Of a stretch of DNA of 64,000 bases, positions 21,035 to 34,868 are shown one piece after another. A program made the position numbers and the translations under genes. The notes below the pieces were generated by a model that worked only from the letters and a program-made list of their open reading frames with translations, was not told where the DNA came from and did not search any database. Origin of the DNA: Saccostrea cucullata (lineage: Eukaryota); contig NW_026929448.1 of NCBI RefSeq assembly GCF_032062105.1, forward strand, positions 62,001 through 126,000, read 5' to 3'. Position 1 is the first letter of the stretch, and the number at the start of each line of letters is the position of its first letter.

Positions 21035-21989
21035 TACTAGATAATATCAGTATGATAATACTGATATTGTATACTCTCTGGTCTAGATTGAATTATTGTC
21101 AGTAGAGTGCTGAAGAATATTTCTGAAGAAGAAAAAAGTATTTCAAACTTTTTTTCCTAAATTTAGCGAGCATTGTTTTCAAATCAGAAAACAAAAGGAA
21201 ATACTATGTCAACAATCTAAATCCTATATTGGTTTTCATTTTTGTTCGAATAAGAATAATTAAATTTGGCACATCTCTTTCCTAATAATTGATATTATGT
21301 ATTATACCGACAGAGAGTCGAGAACGACATCATATTTAGACTCACTCGTAATCGTTTATTTTTTATTCAAAAGAGAATTTGAATATCTGGAGTTTCAAGG
21401 GGACCGTATTTTATGCAGTCTTTGGATATTAGTATGTTTATAGGATTTCTGAGATCGAGATCTCAGATCACCCGTCGTTATCTTAACCTTCCTTAACATT
21501 TTAATGAATGAATTTAATATGCCTAATAATTAAACATCGTCAATGACGTCATTAAGCTTTAATTAATATTACCAGAAACAATTTGATATTTGAGGTGACG
21601 ATTTCGTTAATTGGATGTTGTTATCATTTCTTTACCTATGTATTTCTTTGATCACAAATTAAAAACAAATACAAGAAGGCAATTATTCAAACATCAACAT
21701 GTACATCAAACAATGTTTACATCTTCATCTGCATATCCTATGCAATAAAAACAATCTTGGTAACATGTACACAGTAATGACTAATAGGACAAGTATGGTA
21801 TTATAGTGTGTAGTAAAAACACTGTATATTTACATCGACTGAAATTTTTTTCTCCTCGTTTCTAGAAAATGACAAGGAAAAAGACACATCAAACAGCGAC
21901 GGATACACAGTAATGATTAAATAGGACAAGATTGGTACATGTATGACAGGGCATTATAGTGTGTAATAATAGATACTGCTACACGTCAT

Positions 21990-21993
<4 letters not shown>

Positions 21994-22048
<55 letters not shown>
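21994..22048. repeat. (GA)n microsatellite
   Basis: Direct reading. Confidence 0.95.
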
Positions 22049-22051
<3 letters not shown>

Positions 22052-22597
22052 ATTAATTTGCTATTTATGGTAAATATTTTGACGCGCGTTAAAACGTGCG
22101 AAGATGAAAAGAATTTCAGCAATGTACAGTTGTAAACAGGTGCTTAAAAGTAACTAATTTTTTGTTTATTAATATCGTTTATTTATTTTTAAGTGTAAAA
22201 ATGATAAGTTTTAAATACTGTTGTTTTTTAATTCCACAGTGTTCAAATTTCACTATTTCTCAAAAAGTACCAATAGCAATGGTTTTATGTAATTTTACGC
22301 TGCCAGAAATAGATTAAAATTTCTTATAAGGATTTTAATGTTTTACAGACCAATGAAAGCCTTCAGGATGGGATTAATTACATGGAAGAATAATGAATCG
22401 CGAAAACAGTGAAATTAAAACCATCGTGATTATTTGCCAATCTAAGTGCATGTACAATATAATTCACATGTATGGAAAGACTGTATTAAATTCTAGAATT
22501 TTTCTTAGATCCAATTTGTAAATTTATAGACTATAATTATATATTTAAATCATAAATTACTTATACATTTTATACATATACATAATTATACAATGCC

Positions 22598-22599
<2 letters not shown>

Positions 22600-22661
<62 letters not shown>
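22600..22661. repeat. (GA)n microsatellite
   Basis: Direct reading. Confidence 0.95.
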
Positions 22662-22664
<3 letters not shown>

Positions 22665-25230
22665 CAAAGTCATTCACTTGATCAGATAAATAAGCCACCT
22701 TTTTTTCCTAAGCAGAACGTTACCGGATTACATATTTGAAAAAAAAAATTAAAAATAGGTCAAATATTCATAGAACAAAAACGTCATGCAGCGTTTCAAA
22801 GTTAAATACCATATGGCCCAGAAGAGGCCTCTTCTACTTATCACACAAGGCTAAAAATCTCCTGAGACATGCCCTTTGAAAATAGTGCTTTATTATTTAT
22901 TGATCAAATATCTTTAACTGTGCAAAATTTTTTAGTAAAAAAAGGCTTAAAAGCAAAACTTATAATAACGAGCCTGGTTTTTGAAAAAATAAAAGCAAAA
23001 AAATTTAACCAAAAAAAAAGTTATTCATATGTATGGAAAAAAATAAATAAAATGATAAAATAAATAATAATAAAATAAATAAAATCATTAAAAAACAAAA
23101 GCAAAATATAAAGTGAATAAATCATCTTTTGTACTTAATTAAAAACAGGAAGCAATATCTCTTTAATTTTAGCAAATCATATCATAGTAAGATGTACATA
23201 TGTATACAGATCCCTCTTCACCAGTTCACGGACAAATACTTTCCGGATATCCTGGGGAATTCAAGCTTAGATACAGGAAATAATCCCTTCAATCCGATAG
23301 AGCCCCGCCAATAATACATGTATCGAGCCGACCCATTGAAGCTATATAGTCCTTATAACTCTCTTCGGCGGTCTCTCTATAAATGTGTTCAATGTATAGG
23401 CATTGGAGTGGGAGGGAATGAACTCATTTTTAGCCGGGGCTGAAAGCAAAGACCTGGCGGTAAGCATCATGATGGACTGTTTTACAATAAATGGCACAGT
23501 AAACAAAAATCCCAACATCACCAAAACAGAGGCTTCCGATAAACAAAATAGTCCCATTGCAAGATTCAAGAAACAAAATGCATATTGTAAGTGAACTATT
23601 TTCAATAGCGCGGGCTTTTCCAAAAGTTGACATTGTTGAAGAGTTTCATATTAGTTAATTTTAAGAATTAACATGCGTGAAGTCGCTTGACAATGTACAT
23701 TTATCATTGTTTCTACATGAATAAAAGTTTTGTTTTTTTTGAAACAGAAAAAAAAATCGTCTATAAAAATACATGTAATTATGCAGTATTTAATCTATTT
23801 CAAGACTAAATTTTAAAATTATGAGAAAAAATGCTTATTGAATACAAGATATGTGAGAATTTTTAGAAATATTATTTATTAGATTTTAAAATCATAACAT
23901 ATCTTGGGGTCTGAAATGTTAATTTTAATTACTGGTACAAGGGATATTGTTTGAAATCATAATCAAACAAACTTTACCTGTTAAAAATGAATGGCCAAAA
24001 GGAAGGATATAAAAAATATACTAATTTCAGATCAGACAATATACTCGAGCAAGTAAAGCCCGGCTTACTTTGATTTCTAATTGGAATATATGTAGACGGA
24101 TAAAAAAGACAAACGATTTTTTTTTTTTTAGAAATCAGCAATTTTTTCTCATAGATTTGTATTTAAATCGGTATCCTGAATAATTTGTACCAAGAATAAT
24201 GTTAGATTTAAAAAAAAATGTGATTATAATAAATATATGTGCAAAATATTGTATGAAATTATATAGAAAGCAAAATAAATTCTATTATTATATAGTCTGG
24301 ATTTGAATAGATAAGACAAAGAAGGCTGTATGACGACACCATTTGCGATCTTCCATTGTTGAAAATGAAAAAAAAAATCTCCAGATTACAGTTTGTAACC
24401 TCCGTGTTTTCCTTTCCGAGTTTTGCTATGTGTAAGACGTCCAAATATTAAAAAATAATCCTGGCCTCGGTCAATATGAATATTTTTTCTGGTTCTTCCC
24501 ACAAAAAATATATAAACCATATTCAACACCAAAAAATATCCATAATTGTATTTTTTCTTAAAAGTACCAAGGAAAACCCACAATTTTTTATATTCCAGAA
24601 AAGTCTTGTCAAAAGAAATCATGTCATTTATTCTTTGTTGGTGTGTTTTTGCGGAAAAATATAACATTTTTTGCAAAGATGGAACATAGTTTATTTCTCA
24701 AAACATTATTCTTTTTGAGTTTGTGGTATTATAAATGATATATCTATATTGATATTTCTAAGATTCCCCCTCCTCTAGTCTGCATTATTTTATTATGAAT
24801 GAAGTAAGGTCAAAAGGCTGTGCCGTATAAGCATCAAAACTCAAGTGCATACTTAAATCCTTTATTACTCACTAGTATACACACATGTTAGTGACATGAA
24901 CTACATTTAGAAGTCTACAACAAAAAGTTAAATGCATTTCAAATGTCTCTTTCTTTAGTCTTTAGATTGTATTGTTTGAGAATATATGTAACTATATAGC
25001 CGATGCATACAACTACCTATATTAAACCTTTACTCCTAATGAAGGGGCTTGTTTCTAATGATAATTTGAATGTGATCTATGTATACATTTCGCTTTGTAA
25101 ATAAGCTTACATGACTATTCGTTTTAATAATCATGGAAGTGCATTTGACCTACAAGTATTACAAGCCCGCAGTTTTTATCAATCACGTGAGACGACCTTC
25201 ATAAATTCACAATGTTATGAAAATCTATTG

Positions 25231-26316
25231 TTACCTGCCACAAAGTTTTCTTTTCAATATAACACGAAATTCTCGATCAAAATATCCATATATCATCGGG
25301 TTGATCACTGCATTTAAAATATAAAGATTTTCGAAAAAGCCTTTTAAAGCAATATCGACATCGCTGAAATTAGCTGCAAAATTCTTGTCCATGGCTTCGA
25401 TAGACTCAATAGCCAAACGGGGGGCATACGTAATCAAAATGATCAGTGTGATGATAAAGAACATGATAGAGAAGCGATGAGTAGCGATGATGTTTCTGTT
25501 CCGAAGATTTGTTGACGTATCGGAGTCTCTCTGGTCTCGTCCTTGATTTTCATGCTGAGAATTTCGTGACGTTGAACTTTGAACCCGTTCCTCTACAGAA
25601 TTATTGTTAGACCCTTCACGTAATATTCGAGCTGTTGTTTTATGAGACTTAGATAATTTCTGGTTCCTGATATAAATAGCACGTACTACAAATATATACA
25701 ATATGGTTATAGATAGGTAACAAAATCCAGCAATCACCCGCAGTATTATGTCGTAAATCAAAAGGCTAGTAGTGTTCGAATATTCGTCAAGTATTCCACA
25801 CACAGTCCCTGTTATTCTTGGATTTCTTGTTTTAATTTCTGTTATCCCTGTAAAAATAAACTTCGGGGACGATATGGCCAGTCCGAGCATTAAGGTTACT
25901 AACAAAACCGCATTCTTCATCTTCACGGACGACGGGTGACGTAATGGCTTACATACAAGCATAAACCGCTGTAATGCAATGACGACCAGTAAAAATCCGG
26001 AAAGTATCGCCAAAGCATTACCGAGAAAACGTATCCATTTGCACCCCATATTGTCGTTAAAGTTTAAAGGCTGCATGTCAAACATGATCTCCCAAGCACT
26101 GTTCATCAAACACGACAATAGATCGACCAGCGCCAGGAAGGGGATGTAGTAGCGGTTGTTCCTCCTCTTCACACACAGACAGTATACCAGGAGAACACAG
26201 GAGTTACCCGTGACACCGAACAAAAAATAGAACACGCTGATAAATATGTTTGGAATATTGATCTTGATGTACTCCTCATTCAGTAAGTTAAACTCGTGTT
26301 CGATTGAGCTGTTCAT
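25231..26316 (-). CDS. Intronless class-A (rhodopsin-like) orphan/peptide-type GPCR, 361 aa
   Basis: 7 hydrophobic segments; GN (TM1), LALVD (TM2), C…IALQRF (TM3), YAP (TM6), NPMIYGYFD (TM7), helix-8 FR. Confidence 0.92.
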   Translation of the reverse strand: MNSSIEHEFNLLNEEYIKINIPNIFISVFYFLFGVTGNSCVLLVYCLCVKRRNNRYYIPFLALVDLLSCLMNSAWEIMFDMQPLNFNDNMGCKWIRFLGNALAILSGFLLVVIALQRFMLVCKPLRHPSSVKMKNAVLLVTLMLGLAISSPKFIFTGITEIKTRNPRITGTVCGILDEYSNTTSLLIYDIILRVIAGFCYLSITILYIFVVRAIYIRNQKLSKSHKTTARILREGSNNNSVEERVQSSTSRNSQHENQGRDQRDSDTSTNLRNRNIIATHRFSIMFFIITLIILITYAPRLAIESIEAMDKNFAANFSDVDIALKGFFENLYILNAVINPMIYGYFDREFRVILKRKLCGR

Positions 26317-28071
26317 TGTTTAATTCTAGAACATCCAGTTCTGTGGTGGTATTGAATATTTACTATTCGTTTTAAAATGTCCACTCTAGGTTACATACTA
26401 TCCATGTTAGATCACAGTGTTCAATTTAAAATATCCAGTTTGTGGTCGTATTGAGGATTTGCAATTTTTTTTTTAAAAATTCCAATCCAGGGCCCTCAAT
26501 TTCCCTGTCTAATTTAGGTGGCCATTCAAAATCATACCTCGGAAATAAAAATAAGTTTTTTTTTAGTTTGTGTTGACGAATAATCACATAATCAAATAAA
26601 ACTATCCCGTGTTTTCACATGACTTTTCAATCCTTTGGAATCCTGCGACTGTTTTGCAATACAATTTTCATTTTCATCTCTCTTACAAATTGGCGAGATG
26701 TCTTTTTCCTTTAAATCAACATTTTCTTAAGTCAATTTTCGAAAAGTTCCAACCCGCAATGTACATCTCCAGTGTTTTTACTATCAGTCTACAGTTCACC
26801 ACTGAGGGATGCGGATATTTGGGTTATTTAAAACTTCTGGTCTATATTTCCGCAGTGTATAAGGGCCCTTTTATTCGTCATACTATCATTATAATAGCTG
26901 ACACAGGAAGGATGATATTCTTAAGTCAAACGGTGACTTGATCTCAATCACGACTGATAAAAGTCACCCTAATTCATTCCCAACAACTATTTGATGTATG
27001 TCACGTGTTCTAGAGTCCTTTTATTTGCTTTGTCATTCACTTCCTTTTTCGTTCTTATAATAGTTTATTTTTTAATTTTCAGTTCATTTTGAATAATTTT
27101 TATCACCAAAAGTTTTTATGTATGCCTACCCTATAAGATTTTACATAGATTTGTAACTACATATTTAAGTATATTATTTTTTCTTCAATATTTAATATGA
27201 TTGCTGCCTCTTGTGGTTTTCTCATATGATTCAACACAGCATAAATAAGTTGATGTTCTGTTGACTATAATGTATAATAGTTAAACAAAGACGTTTTTGT
27301 TCAAAATATTATTACGGTTTTTTTTAAATGACTTTATCTCAAAACTTCTCATACTTTGAATGTGAAGTATATAAATAAATTAAAGTATCATTTCATCTTC
27401 ATAAAAACAAACAAGCTCTTGACAAAGACTTTTTTCATTATGTAATTTTAAACTAGGAGTCACATCTGATTTGTCTTTTGCAAAATTAATTGCAAAGTTA
27501 TTCTGTTTAAAAACATTCTGATTGTACACACATATACACAGGTACTCTGAGTTTAACATTACAAAAATGCTTATTGAAATGGTATATTCAATAAGAGCTG
27601 TAGAAAATGAATGTATTGTATTGTTCAAACATTTATCCAACATTCTGGCTGATTCACATGTTAAAGTATTATTGTTATTATATTTTATTTATTTATTTAT
27701 GCATGTTTATTCAAAACTTTATATATGATTCTTTAAATTGCATTGATTTGTAAATTTTGCAAATATTGAAGATTTGAATGTACATATTCATTATTCAACT
27801 GTGACCTAATTAAATTTTGTGTAACTTATATGTAGGGAGAGGGCGTCATAAGTTTTTAAAACTTAGTGTCCAATCCCTTTGTAATTAGAAATTACAATAA
27901 AATATGTTCATACCAAAAAAAGATACTTCAGTTTCTGATTGACAATAGCTATTTGGTATTTTGTAGACCAGACTCAAAGACAATGTAGCATTTTAAGTCT
28001 TAGCCAATATTTTTATATTATACTCAAAACTTGCACAAGTCAAGCAGACAGAAATTAAAATATGTTTCAAT

Positions 28072-28280
28072 ACTGTACTGTATTACTTTTGGCAGTGTAT
28101 TCTTTTCAGTACGTTTGGCGGAAAGATACTTCCGCTAATTCAAGCACATCGATAAATGTATTTAACATTGATACATGAATAAAATCATTGAAAAATGCGC
28201 CAAATCGAATATACGCTTACGTGTTTAAAAATTATTTTCCGCCAAATATCGTACACGCTTAATATAATACATTTATAGTA
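28072..28280. mobile_element. Degenerate TA-type MITE (TACTGTA…ATAGTA)
   Basis: Imperfect inverted ends; TTTGGCGG/CCGCCAAA subterminal repeat. Confidence 0.5.
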
Positions 28281-28879
28281 TTTAATTAAAATCTCATGTT
28301 ATCTGCATATTTTGAAATTAATTTAAAATCAATAAACACTATTTTATTTTAAACACTAAGTCATTTTCATGATTCTTGGGACAGCTCTTCCAGCAATTCA
28401 TGGGATTTCCCAGCCTATTGTCTGACGTCAGGCTTTCAGACAGTACGAGATTTAACAAGGGCTTATTTATGAAGTCGTTCCATGAGATTGTTTAGATTTA
28501 GTTAGTCTCCTTTTTAAAGCAATATGAGCTGCATGTTTGACATCGGAAAATTGTTGCAAATTTGTAACTTACTATTTCAATTACAGAAAAAAAGAACATT
28601 TATAAACTTCTATTGTTCATATTTGCTATGAAAGAATATTTTATACGCTTTGATTGAAGCAAAATTGAATTATTGTCGTCCTGTACAATAATGATTTCTT
28701 ATATAATCCTGTATATTCAGCTATACAGAAATATTTCTTCTGAAACATTTTTAACTTTATTTTGGTTTACTTACAGATTAATCATAATAACACATTTTAC
28801 CAGCAAAATAAAATTCTCATAAATGCAGCTCATATTGCTTTAAATTTTAGCAAACCACGTCAGACGAGCTTTTTAGGAA

Positions 28880-29640
28880 AGCTAATTCTTGTTAGCAGAT
28901 TTATTTTTGCATTCATATGAAGCTAAATTTGTCCAAAATCTTACACAAGGAAAGAAGAAAAACACTCGCTGTCGCATTCATCTCCGTAATTGATATTTCG
29001 TCTTATATCAATGTTTTTTTTCCATTCTTATGTCGATAAGATATATCCTAGTGAAAAAAGGATACCACAAAGACTGACACATCTGTTTCATATATGGATA
29101 TTTAGCATGAAAAAAGTTAATTGTAAACTTACAACCAAGCTTTGTGATAAACATGACGACTCTAACCTTTTAATCGTCAACTTCCCTTCCTTATGCAGCA
29201 ACATACTTTCATCATTTTTATACGGGAATACATCTTTTTGTTGATTCGATTGACAAGAACATTCTCTACGTATGAACTATTTCAAAAACGAGTAAAATTG
29301 ACAAACAAGTTGATGAAACAAGAATATCAGCAGGATCGTTAAAAGTCATCATTTTGTAAGTTCTATGGTCAATACAATGGCCTTTTAAGCAAATACACTT
29401 TTTCATTGAGTCGACGTTGTTCATACTAATTGTAAGTCCATTATTTTTACACTGAATTGACAATGGATGTTTTTTCATTATTTCCCGATCATGACAGGAG
29501 CACATGGCGTTTGTGACCGGTCAGCAGGGGATGCACACTCATCCATGGCACCTGATCCCACCTTGTATGTTTTGGAGGACCGTGTTTGCCCTAATCCTAT
29601 TTTGTACTCTTTATGAACTTTTATACTTGAATACTGCTCT
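28880..29640 (+). mobile_element. Degenerate Penelope-like retroelement 3' fragment
   Basis: Colinear with 18305-19100 (LADLFLHSYEA…, KLCDKHDDSNLLIVNFP…, same 3' motif). Confidence 0.75.
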
Positions 29641-30452
29641 TTATCTCCATATATTTCATCTGTTCAAAGCTTGATTAGTTTACGGATCAAGGCAGAGATT
29701 ATCTATTGATAAGGATGAAATATATAATGAAATATATAATGAGAAGACAACATAAGAAATAAACCTCATAAAAGTTATACACTTTTAAAATTTTTATTTA
29801 TTTATTTACTTTTTTTTATTTTTATTTTATTTTTTATTTTTTTTTTGCTGTTAACCTCATTCACGAATGAAACAGATTTTCTTTTTTATGCATTTTCAAA
29901 AGAGATTTTTAAAAAAATCAAATTGTAGTCATCGTCCCTCTAGTCGTCAAAACTCATTGACGTAGTATCTGACGTCAAATGTAATCTGTTGTGAGATCAA
30001 GTATTTGCTACTATTTTATCTGTAAACAATCTTGATTATTTTGTCTATTTTATCTATCCTTTTCAGCTCTCACCATCTATAATGTGTAATTTTAAATCAC
30101 ATTTTCTGACGCGGAAAAACAACCAAACCCAACCAACCAAACAAAACAACACGTCATGTAGATAATGTCTCCTACTTTAATTATTTATTACATTAAACTA
30201 TCGACAGCTTGTAGTCTATTGATTTGAATGATTAGTTAAAGTATAAGTGTGAAAGGTTAACGGTTAAGTGCAGGAAATAGCCCCTCCTCCGGCTTTCTCT
30301 TCCGACAGTTGTAAGTTTTAAAATGGAGGACAGTACTTGTCTTGTCAGTATCAGCGGTCACCGGAAGCACTTTCCAGTTAATTTAACCATTGCAAGCAAC
30401 CTTAAATTATTAAAGTTTGTTTGTGTTTATGATATAATTATGTTAATTTAAG

Positions 30453-30861
30453 TAGGGGTGAAACGATACGCCTCCTTCACAGTTCGATACGTATCGAAAA
30501 ATTTGGTCTCGGTTCGGTTATTTTCGATACGATACATTTTGATAGAAGGAAAGAGATTCAATGTTGTTTTATGCTACCTTTTACTTAATCTAGTAAAATA
30601 ATTTATTTGCAAAATGGATAGAATGTATCAATTTAATTGATTTGACTGTTAAAAACTATTTTAGAAACTTCAAGTCCACACAAACTTACGTTTCTGAACT
30701 AATTATACAGAAAAGCATGTTTATACCAAGTTCCAAACCCCACTGAATGTCGATCCCGACCGAAAAACGAACCGAACCGAAAGTAGAGATTTTGTACCAT
30801 GTATCAAACCGAGAAAAAATACCGCGGTGAACCGATACCGCGGTGAACCGTTTCACTCCTA
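30453..30861. mobile_element. hAT-type MITE (TAGGGGTGAAACG TIR, 8-bp TSD AATTTAAG)
   Basis: TSD at 30445-30452 and 30862-30869. Confidence 0.88.
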
Positions 30862-31027
30862 AATTTAAGGCATGTTGCTCTATTATGGAGTGGATATGCT
30901 GAAAGTCAACAATGTAAATAAAGTATAGGATAAATAAACAAGTGCGTCGAGCTTTTTTCTTTTTCTTTTTTGCTTTTATTGAATATTTTTGTTGCTTTCA
31001 TTTAACGTCTGTGTGACGTCGTGGTTA

Positions 31028-31856
31028 GTACAAAAAATACTATTGTTTACCATAGTTAACTATAGTAAATCAAAGTTTTCGTCAAAGTTTTTCAAAGTGT
31101 CAAAGTTTTCGCCAAAGTTTTTCAAAGTGTCAAAGTTTTCGCCAATTTTTTCAAAGTGTCAAAGTTTTTGATAAAGTTTTTCAAAGTGTCAAAGTTTTTG
31201 TCAAAGTTTTTCAAAGTGTCAAAGTTTTTGTCAAAGTTTTTCAAGGTGTCAAAGTTTTCGCCAAAGTTTTTCAAAGTGTCAAAGTTTTCGCCAAAGTTTT
31301 TCAAAGTGTCAAAGTTTTCGTCAAAGTTTTTCAAAGTGTCAAAGTTTTTGTCAAAGTTTTTCAAAGTGTCAAAGTTTTCGTCAAAGTTTTTCAAAGTGTC
31401 AAAGTTTTTGATAAAGTTTTTCAAAGTGTCAAAGTGTTTGATAAACTTTTTCAAGGTGTCAAAGTTTTCGCCAAAGTTTTTCAAAGTGTCAAAGTTTTCG
31501 TCAAAGTTTTTCAAAGTGTCAAAGTTTTCGTCAAAGTTTTTCAAAGTGTCAAAGTTTTCGTCAAAGTTTTTCAAAGTGTTAAAGTTTTTGCCAAAGTTTT
31601 TCAAAGTGTCAAAGTTTTCGTCAAAGTTTTTCAAAGTGTCAAAGTTTTTTGTCAAAGTTTTCGCCAAAGTTTTTCTAAGTGTCAAAGTTTTCGCCAAAGT
31701 TTTCAAAGTGTAAAAGATTTCGTCAAAGTTTTTCAAAGTGTCAAAGTTATCACTATAGTAAATCAAAGTTTTCAAAGTGTCAAAGTTATAAAATATAGTT
31801 AACTATAGTAAACTATAATTAACTATAGTTAACTATAGTATTTTTTTTTGTTAGGG
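31028..31856. mobile_element. Probable TIR element whose interior is a 30-bp minisatellite
   Basis: ACAAAAAATACTATTGTTTACCATAGTTAACTATAG at left is inverted relative to CTATAGTTAACTATAGTATTTTTTTTTGT at right. Confidence 0.55.
31070..31787. repeat. 30-bp minisatellite built of ~10-bp TCAAAGT subunits (~23 units)
   Basis: Unit TCAAAGTTTTTCAAAGTGTCAAAGTTTTCG. Confidence 0.95.
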
Positions 31857-31899
31857 ATGCGTCAACTTGAGTCCTAAAGTAAGGATTTATTCCTTACTT

Positions 31900-32357
31900 T
31901 CGGATCCGAACCCAACTGTGGGACGTGCAGATCGGTCCTTCGGATGAGACCCTGTAAACCGTGTGGCAGAAGGTGCGGCAAGAGAAAGATCCCTCACCCT
32001 GAGTGCCGAGTGTAGGACAAAATGTGCATGTGTTCACCAGTGGAAGACTTGTTACAACGCAAAATGTAATAACAAAGCGAAATGTAATAAACTGGGATTT
32101 TTACATTTTGTGTTACATTTTGCGTCGAGATCAACGCAAAATGAAACAATTCAAAATGTAATAATACGATTTTTAGATTATTACATTTTGCGTTATTTTG
32201 AAATTATCGCATATTGTTGATTTCAAAGTAAAATGTACATGTAAAATCCACGTTTATTACATTTCTCGTTGTAACGTAGCCCATCCTCGCCATGTGAGTA
32301 AAATATACTCGAGAGGGACGTTAAACAATATAGTTACATGAACAGTCAATCAATCAA
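31900..32357 (+). mobile_element. SINE of the same family as 20743-21034, interrupted by a MITE at 32051-32275 (GTTACAACG TIR)
   Basis: GGTCCTTCGGATGAGACC core, GGGACGTTAAACAATA…(TCAA)n tail; inverted GTTACAACG…CGTTGTAAC. Confidence 0.7.
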
Positions 32358-33782
32358 ACAGTTAATCATGTGTTAATGTCTGCAATCAACCCATTTGAGG
32401 AGAGGGTAGGAAAAGACATTTTAAAAGTATTTGAATGCAAAACTTGACCTCTATTGTTGACAAGCCATATCCTGGAGAATATGATACATACAAACTTGAA
32501 CCTACAATATGTTATGAAACTTTGTACATGTTGTATTTTTTTCATATTATACTTTCATGTTAATTAGTTTAATCTGATTTGTCGAGAAACATTTGTTAAA
32601 AAACACTATTACCCGCTGAATAATGAAGCCACACCCTCCAGCAACAGTCAACATCGCTTGACGACCGGTGATATTCCAAAAAATAGTTACTGCGCAGAAT
32701 TTATGCGCGCACAGTTCACTGTTATTGCTCTACACATATTTATAAGTTTAAGTGTTGGTGTATGGGGACTGGGGTGTGAGTAGTTATGTAGAATTAAAGG
32801 TTTTCTAAACATTGAAAAGATTGTCAATCAGAATATTCTTTCCGTTTATAAATTACGAGATACATAATATATTTACTACCATAAAGTGAATCTGTAAAAA
32901 TATATATGTTTTTTCATATTAAATATATAAAGTTATTATCATTTTCTATCGAAACAACGACAGGTCCCTTTTTTTTAGAACATCGAATTTCACTTTTAGG
33001 ATAAAAACTTACTCTGCACAGTTCGTGTTTTATATTCTAAAATTGAAAATTAATACATTTTTAAATATAAATGATGCGTGTGTCTAACTTCAATTTATAT
33101 TTTATGCAGCCAACATTTACCTGAGGAATTTTTATTGATTTTTATGTAAAAATTGATTTTTATCAAGCTAAAAGTTTTTAAAAATATTTGCGACTATCAT
33201 CTCCATCAATTAGACGCATGCTTTTTTACACATATCGAAGCAATTTGTTGATCAAGACTCATTTCCATTGTTAACTTTATATATTTCCCGGGCGACAATT
33301 GATGGTTACATCAATGTTTTCTTGTATGTATTTGCATTAAATATGCAGTATAATATGATGAATATTGCAAGTAGGTTGCCAATGGTTTTCTTGGGGTAAA
33401 AATTTTCAATGTTACACTCAACTACATGAATATTTATATATTGCACAATGATTCTTGAAAAAAAAGATTTTTTTAAAGATGCAGCAGTTGCCTCGCGGCA
33501 TATAAAGTGTAAATGATTTTAACCAGGTCATACAATATAACTTGGGAAGATAAAAATATTTAAGACAACAAAACAACGAAACTTAACAAGTAAAAGGAAA
33601 ACAAGAAAGGAATAATGCTGGAAAGATCGTTCGTGTTTGAGTCACCTATTAGTAGAACAAAAACTAAGACAGGATTTTCCGCTACCTATTTCCTATGCAT
33701 CCTGAATACTAACACAGGGTTCAGGGGTGTAAAATATAATAGAGATATACCTTGTATTATTATATCTATAACCAAGAGTAGA

Positions 33783-34868
33783 ATGTATCCAGAGGGGGAC
33801 AGATCAAGCGAGGAGTTTATCTATCATTTACCAAATGCCATTATCCTTGTGCTTTACATCATTGTTGGAAGTTTGGGAAATATTTCCGTGCTCATTGTAT
33901 ACTTGACAGACATGAAGAATGTTTTTAGTTCTGGACGCCTTTTTATTCCGTTTCTGGCTTTTGTTGATCTTATCACACTTAATTATAATGGTTGGGTAGA
34001 ATTTTCATTTGAGATTCAGCAATTTTACGAGTCGAAGGACAAAGAATTGGCGTGTAAGATCAATAAATTCATTGGCCTCGCTTTGGTTATAAATTCCGGT
34101 TGTATTTACTTCGCCATTGCAGTCCACAGATATATCTTGATATGCAGACCTCATAGTAAAACCATAACTCGGAAGATTAAAGTCGCCATCATAGTTGTCA
34201 CAGGCCTTTTTATTTTAGGAAGTTCTGTTCCACAGTTTATTTTTTCTGGATTCACGTCAATTCTGATAAAATCAAAAGAATCTTCGAACGAAACTAAGAT
34301 AGTCTTTACTTGTGGAATAGAAGGGGAATTCGAAAATGCCACGAGCTCCAATATCTACAATTATATTCTAACCATAAACTCGTTCATATGGAGTTCAATA
34401 ATGGCCATACTTTACACATTAGTTGCCAGAAGAATATACCAGAGAAAGAAAGAATCAAACCCTCAACCTCATACGAAAGAAGAGGACAGTCTTTCCGGAT
34501 CCTGTAGCCTGGATTCTTCGAGTTTTAGTCGAATTCCAGAACATGCGCAGAAGCCCAAACCGAGGCTTGTGAAACAGATAACAGCCAGGTCTATTACAAC
34601 CTTCATCACAAACAACCGTCTGTCTTGGATGTTTATTCTGATGACTATACTTAATGTCGTGTGTTTTGTACCCAAGTTAATACTGGATATCCATTACAAT
34701 AAAGACAGGTACTTCTTCCTGAGGAAACCAATGTCGGTCTTCCTGATGCTTGAGTTCTTTGATAATTTCTATCTTTTTAACAATGTAGTTAATCCGTTTA
34801 TTTACGGATTTTTTGATAATGAGTTTAGAAATAGATTCAAAAAAAGATTTTGTGCATGTTGTAAATAA
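33783..34868 (+). CDS. Intronless class-A orphan GPCR (~361 aa from Met 33783)
   Basis: GSLGN, FLAFVD, ACK…IAVHRY, CFVP, NPFIYGFFD; start chosen by alignment to paralogue at 43054. Confidence 0.92.
   Translation: MYPEGDRSSEEFIYHLPNAIILVLYIIVGSLGNISVLIVYLTDMKNVFSSGRLFIPFLAFVDLITLNYNGWVEFSFEIQQFYESKDKELACKINKFIGLALVINSGCIYFAIAVHRYILICRPHSKTITRKIKVAIIVVTGLFILGSSVPQFIFSGFTSILIKSKESSNETKIVFTCGIEGEFENATSSNIYNYILTINSFIWSSIMAILYTLVARRIYQRKKESNPQPHTKEEDSLSGSCSLDSSSFSRIPEHAQKPKPRLVKQITARSITTFITNNRLSWMFILMTILNVVCFVPKLILDIHYNKDRYFFLRKPMSVFLMLEFFDNFYLFNNVVNPFIYGFFDNEFRNRFKKRFCACCK

Noticed and set aside
31122-31802. NFDTLK / KFFKVS repeat ORFs
   Set aside because: Minisatellite translation; no unique coding flanks or splice support.
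33615-33782. 56-aa N-terminal extension of the second GPCR
   Set aside because: The paralogue aligns only from Met 33783 (both preceded by AAGAG(T)AGA); the extension is probably UTR or intron.
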